This document shows, piece by piece, positions 40,902-43,992 of a stretch of 43,992 nucleotides of DNA (within the stretch, counting starts at the first letter, position 1; every line of letters begins with the position of its first letter). This stretch comes from Coleofasciculus chthonoplastes F2-STO-03 (lineage in GTDB: Bacteria > Cyanobacteriota > Cyanobacteriia > Cyanobacteriales > Coleofasciculaceae). The notes under the pieces are model-generated. The model was not told the origin of the DNA, ran no database searches, and worked only from the letters and a program-made list of their open reading frames with translations. The stretch covers positions 1 through 43,992 of the forward strand of contig JAVJWO010000026.1 in assembly GCA_040222015.1 (NCBI GenBank), in the 5' to 3' direction. Made by a program: the position numbers and the translations under genes.

Positions 40902-43766
40902 ATGATTTCAAATTTATCTGAACAGTCCCATTATCCAGAAAGTGCGAGTAGCGGATTACAAATTGCCAGAGGATTAAAAGCTAAATCACAAAACTATAAA
41001 CGATTGCTGGTTGAGGTGTTGAAATGGACAGGGGGACAACCATTCCTTACCCAGCAGCTTTGTCGATTAATTGCCCAAGCACCTGATGCACCGTCGAAAG
41101 GAACGGAAGCGGAATGGGTGGAAAACCTGGTGCGATCGCACTGGATTGAGAATTGGGAACAGCAACCGGAACTGATGCATTTGCAGACGATCCGCGATCG
41201 CTTGCTCAGACGTAAGCACCGCAGTCTGAAGCTATTGCAACTGTATCATCGTATCCTCCAACAGGGAGAAGCGATCGCCAATGACAGTTCCGAACAGAAG
41301 GAACTGCGGATGATGGGGTTAATCCTCAAGCATCAAGGGAAAGTTCGGATTCACAATCGCATCTATGAATCGGTATTTAACCAAGAGTGGGTCAATAAGG
41401 CTTTAAAAACCATCCAAGCGGATTTAGAACCAGGCGACTCGGAATTTCTCAAAACCTTAGCCGAATTAGAACGCAAACTCTTGGTTTCCCAGGTGGAAAT
41501 CTTATCCAAAGCCGATACGGAATCAGAGGATGAAGGTTCAGCACAAGCCTTGTATGAGGTGCTACGCGATGTTACCTCGAAAGTCGGCGAATTACTGGGT
41601 GCCGATCGCGCCACCATTTTCTTACTCAATGACGAGAAAACAGAACTCTGGTCATTGGTGGCGGAGAATGAAGAGGGTGAATTCCTGGATATTCAGGTGC
41701 GAGTCGGGGAAGGGATTGCCGGTCATGTGGCTCAGGATAAAAAAGTCATCCATATTCCCGACAACGTTTATGAAGATCCCCGCGCCGCGCTGGTTAAGGA
41801 ATTTGACAAAAAATATAATTACCGCACCGAAAACATCTTGGCATTTCCCATCTTAAGTGAAAACAAAGAGGTGATTGCGGTAATTCAGTTACTAAATAAA
41901 TTACCCGCTGATGAGCAATCCGACAAACGACCCAAAGGATTCACCACCCTCGACTTAGAACGATTGGCAAAATGCGTGGTTCCGGTGCGGCGGATTCTGG
42001 AAAGTTGCCAATCCTGCTACAAGGTAATGAAGAAGCTACGGGCGACAGCCGCCTTAGCCGAAGCCACGCGATCGCTCGATCAGATTAACTTAGATACTAA
42101 GGCAATTCTGCAACGGGTAATGAATACCGCCAAGAAGCTGCTGAATGCCGATCGCAGTACCTTGTGGTTAGTGGATCGCGATCGCGGCGACTTGTGGACG
42201 GAACTTCCAGGGAAAGGAGAGGTGCGTTGTGATGTTGGGGTTGGCTTTGCGGGTCAAGTGGCGCAAACCCGCAAACCGATGATTATCCCCTTCGATATCT
42301 ATGACCATCCCAGTGCGGAAAATGCCAAGAAAACCGACGAACAAACCCGCTACCGCACCTGTAGCCTCCTCTGTATGCCCGTCGTCAGTCCCGATGGGGA
42401 ATTATTGGGCGTAACCCAACTAATCAACAAGCGGAAACCTGGCGATCATCCAGAGTATAACCGAGACGAGTGGCCCCATGTTCCCAGCTACTTTAAAGCG
42501 AGTTTTGATAAAAATGACCGCCAATCCATGCAAGTCTTTAACGAACGAGTGGGTGTAATCCTGCAATTCGTCAAGACTCATGAGACACTCAAACAGCTTG
42601 CTCAAATTGAGCCAAAAGAATCCGTTTATAATACCCTAGCAATTCTCAGTAATTCCGTTGCTGATCAGAGTGATGAAGCGCTCTACAATGCCCTGTATTA
42701 TACGTTGAGCTTTGTCACCAACTCGATTAACAAACTCTTGGGCGCGGAACAGACCACAATTTTTCTCCTGGATGCCGAACAAAGCATCTTTTGGTCATTA
42801 GTCTGGAATCCCAGAACCCTAAATGCTCAAGAAATTCGAGTGTCCGCCACTCTAGGAATCGCCAGTAAAATGGTTGAATCGCGTTCAGTCAAAGCTAGCA
42901 AAAACCCCAGTAAACTGAATGATCTGTTAGTCCATATGGGGTTAGAACCCGACGCGATCAACACTGTGGAAAATATGTTGTTATTCCCGGTTGTAGACTC
43001 CAAAGGGAAAGTAATTGCCATTATTCGGTCATTTAACAAATTCCTCTTTACTTATGAATCGGGGGGAACGTTATCCGAAACAATCGAAATCAATGGCTTT
43101 ACCCAAGCCGATGCCCAGAAATTGCATGAACGCATGGCATCCACGTTACCCATTCTGCAAGGGTTTCAAGCATTTCACCGGGAAATTCGCAATCTTCAGG
43201 AACAACGCAAGGCGATCGATCCCCTCTATCAAGCGATTAGTTTAGTCAGTAGCAGTAGCGGCGGAAATGCCGAAGAAATCATCCAAACGGTGATGCAAGC
43301 CGCCAAACAACTGACCCATGCGGATCGCACCACCCTTTGGTTAATTGATTACTCAACTCAGGAATTATGGACAAAAATTCCCCAAGCTGATGGATCATTA
43401 ATGGAAACACGAGTACCTTTAGGAGAGGGATTTGCTGGGAAAGTTGCCCAAACTGGTCAACCCTTAAACATTCCCTTTGACCTCTACGAACATCCCGATT
43501 CTGATATCGCCCGCAGAACAGACGCCAAAACTCATTATCGGACTTGTAGTCTGTTATGTATGCCGGTTTTAAGTTGTGATGGTGAATTACTAGCTGTTAC
43601 CCAACTCGTGAATAAACGTCACGCTGATGATACGACAGAGTATGATCCATCCCAGTGGCCCCAAGTTCCTGAGTACTTTAAAGCCAGTTTTGATGAAAAT
43701 GATCAACGAGACATGGAAATTTTTAACAATCAAGTGGGTGTTGTACTTCCCGGTATCATTCGTTAA
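40902..43766 (+). CDS. Four-GAF-domain protein with an N-terminal helical module like the post-ATPase part of AAA_35 proteins
   Basis: WTGGQPFLTQ, HLQTIRDR and NRIYESVF, then four GAFs (ADRATIFL, ADRSTLWL, AEQTTIFL, ADRTTLWL); no catalytic output domain. Confidence 0.88.
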   Translation: MISNLSEQSHYPESASSGLQIARGLKAKSQNYKRLLVEVLKWTGGQPFLTQQLCRLIAQAPDAPSKGTEAEWVENLVRSHWIENWEQQPELMHLQTIRDRLLRRKHRSLKLLQLYHRILQQGEAIANDSSEQKELRMMGLILKHQGKVRIHNRIYESVFNQEWVNKALKTIQADLEPGDSEFLKTLAELERKLLVSQVEILSKADTESEDEGSAQALYEVLRDVTSKVGELLGADRATIFLLNDEKTELWSLVAENEEGEFLDIQVRVGEGIAGHVAQDKKVIHIPDNVYEDPRAALVKEFDKKYNYRTENILAFPILSENKEVIAVIQLLNKLPADEQSDKRPKGFTTLDLERLAKCVVPVRRILESCQSCYKVMKKLRATAALAEATRSLDQINLDTKAILQRVMNTAKKLLNADRSTLWLVDRDRGDLWTELPGKGEVRCDVGVGFAGQVAQTRKPMIIPFDIYDHPSAENAKKTDEQTRYRTCSLLCMPVVSPDGELLGVTQLINKRKPGDHPEYNRDEWPHVPSYFKASFDKNDRQSMQVFNERVGVILQFVKTHETLKQLAQIEPKESVYNTLAILSNSVADQSDEALYNALYYTLSFVTNSINKLLGAEQTTIFLLDAEQSIFWSLVWNPRTLNAQEIRVSATLGIASKMVESRSVKASKNPSKLNDLLVHMGLEPDAINTVENMLLFPVVDSKGKVIAIIRSFNKFLFTYESGGTLSETIEINGFTQADAQKLHERMASTLPILQGFQAFHREIRNLQEQRKAIDPLYQAISLVSSSSGGNAEEIIQTVMQAAKQLTHADRTTLWLIDYSTQELWTKIPQADGSLMETRVPLGEGFAGKVAQTGQPLNIPFDLYEHPDSDIARRTDAKTHYRTCSLLCMPVLSCDGELLAVTQLVNKRHADDTTEYDPSQWPQVPEYFKASFDENDQRDMEIFNNQVGVVLPGIIR

Positions 43767-43904
43767 GTCAGATTGGACAGATACCATGGCACATCTGTTT
43801 TGACCCTTCACCACCTTCAAGGAACCTGATGTGTAGGGGCGGGTTTAGGTAGCATTGGTGTCAACTTAAGGTATAAAACCAATGCTAGCAAGGTTTTAAG
43901 CTGT

Positions 43905-43992
43905 GTCTATCTACTCCTCAACATTTCCCCCTCATCCCCTAACCCCAACTCCGGACCCCCCTCGTTCCCCCCTACCCCCCTCGTTCCCCCCT
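43905..43992. repeat. C-rich short repeats at the window end
   Basis: ACCCCCCTCGTTCCCCCCT occurs twice. Confidence 0.65.

Overview
44 kb of a cyanobacterial chromosome. Dense HIP1 (GCGATCGC), heptamer STRRs, GTAG-type REP-like dyads and ycf3, ccmP and ndhQ support this; a filamentous Oscillatoriales/Coleofasciculus-like host is an inference. The backbone is ordinary (pfkB kinase, MFS sugar permease, CNNM/CBS protein, queC, gatC, ycf3, ccmP, GST, pentapeptide proteins), with three accessory hotspots. (1) 2.4-4.1 kb: two IS200/IS605 derivatives, a tnpB 3'-end mini-element and an element with a small RHH gene plus an internally deleted tnpB. (2) 5.5-11.2 kb: an EACC1-like small gene, a CHAT-STAND-TPR gene broken by one in-frame TAA, decayed xisHI, a UPF0175/PIN toxin-antitoxin pair, and a scar built from synonymously diverged copies of the two flanking core genes. 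(3) 31.5-37.2 kb: the best candidate for a new system, a tightly coupled intact operon of a TPR-CHAT protease, an Rpn/DUF2887 nuclease fused to an extra ~110-aa helical domain, and a 506-aa protein with two C-terminal TM helices. It resembles a CATRA-type conflict module carrying a nuclease. All family assignments come from motif recognition, not database searches.
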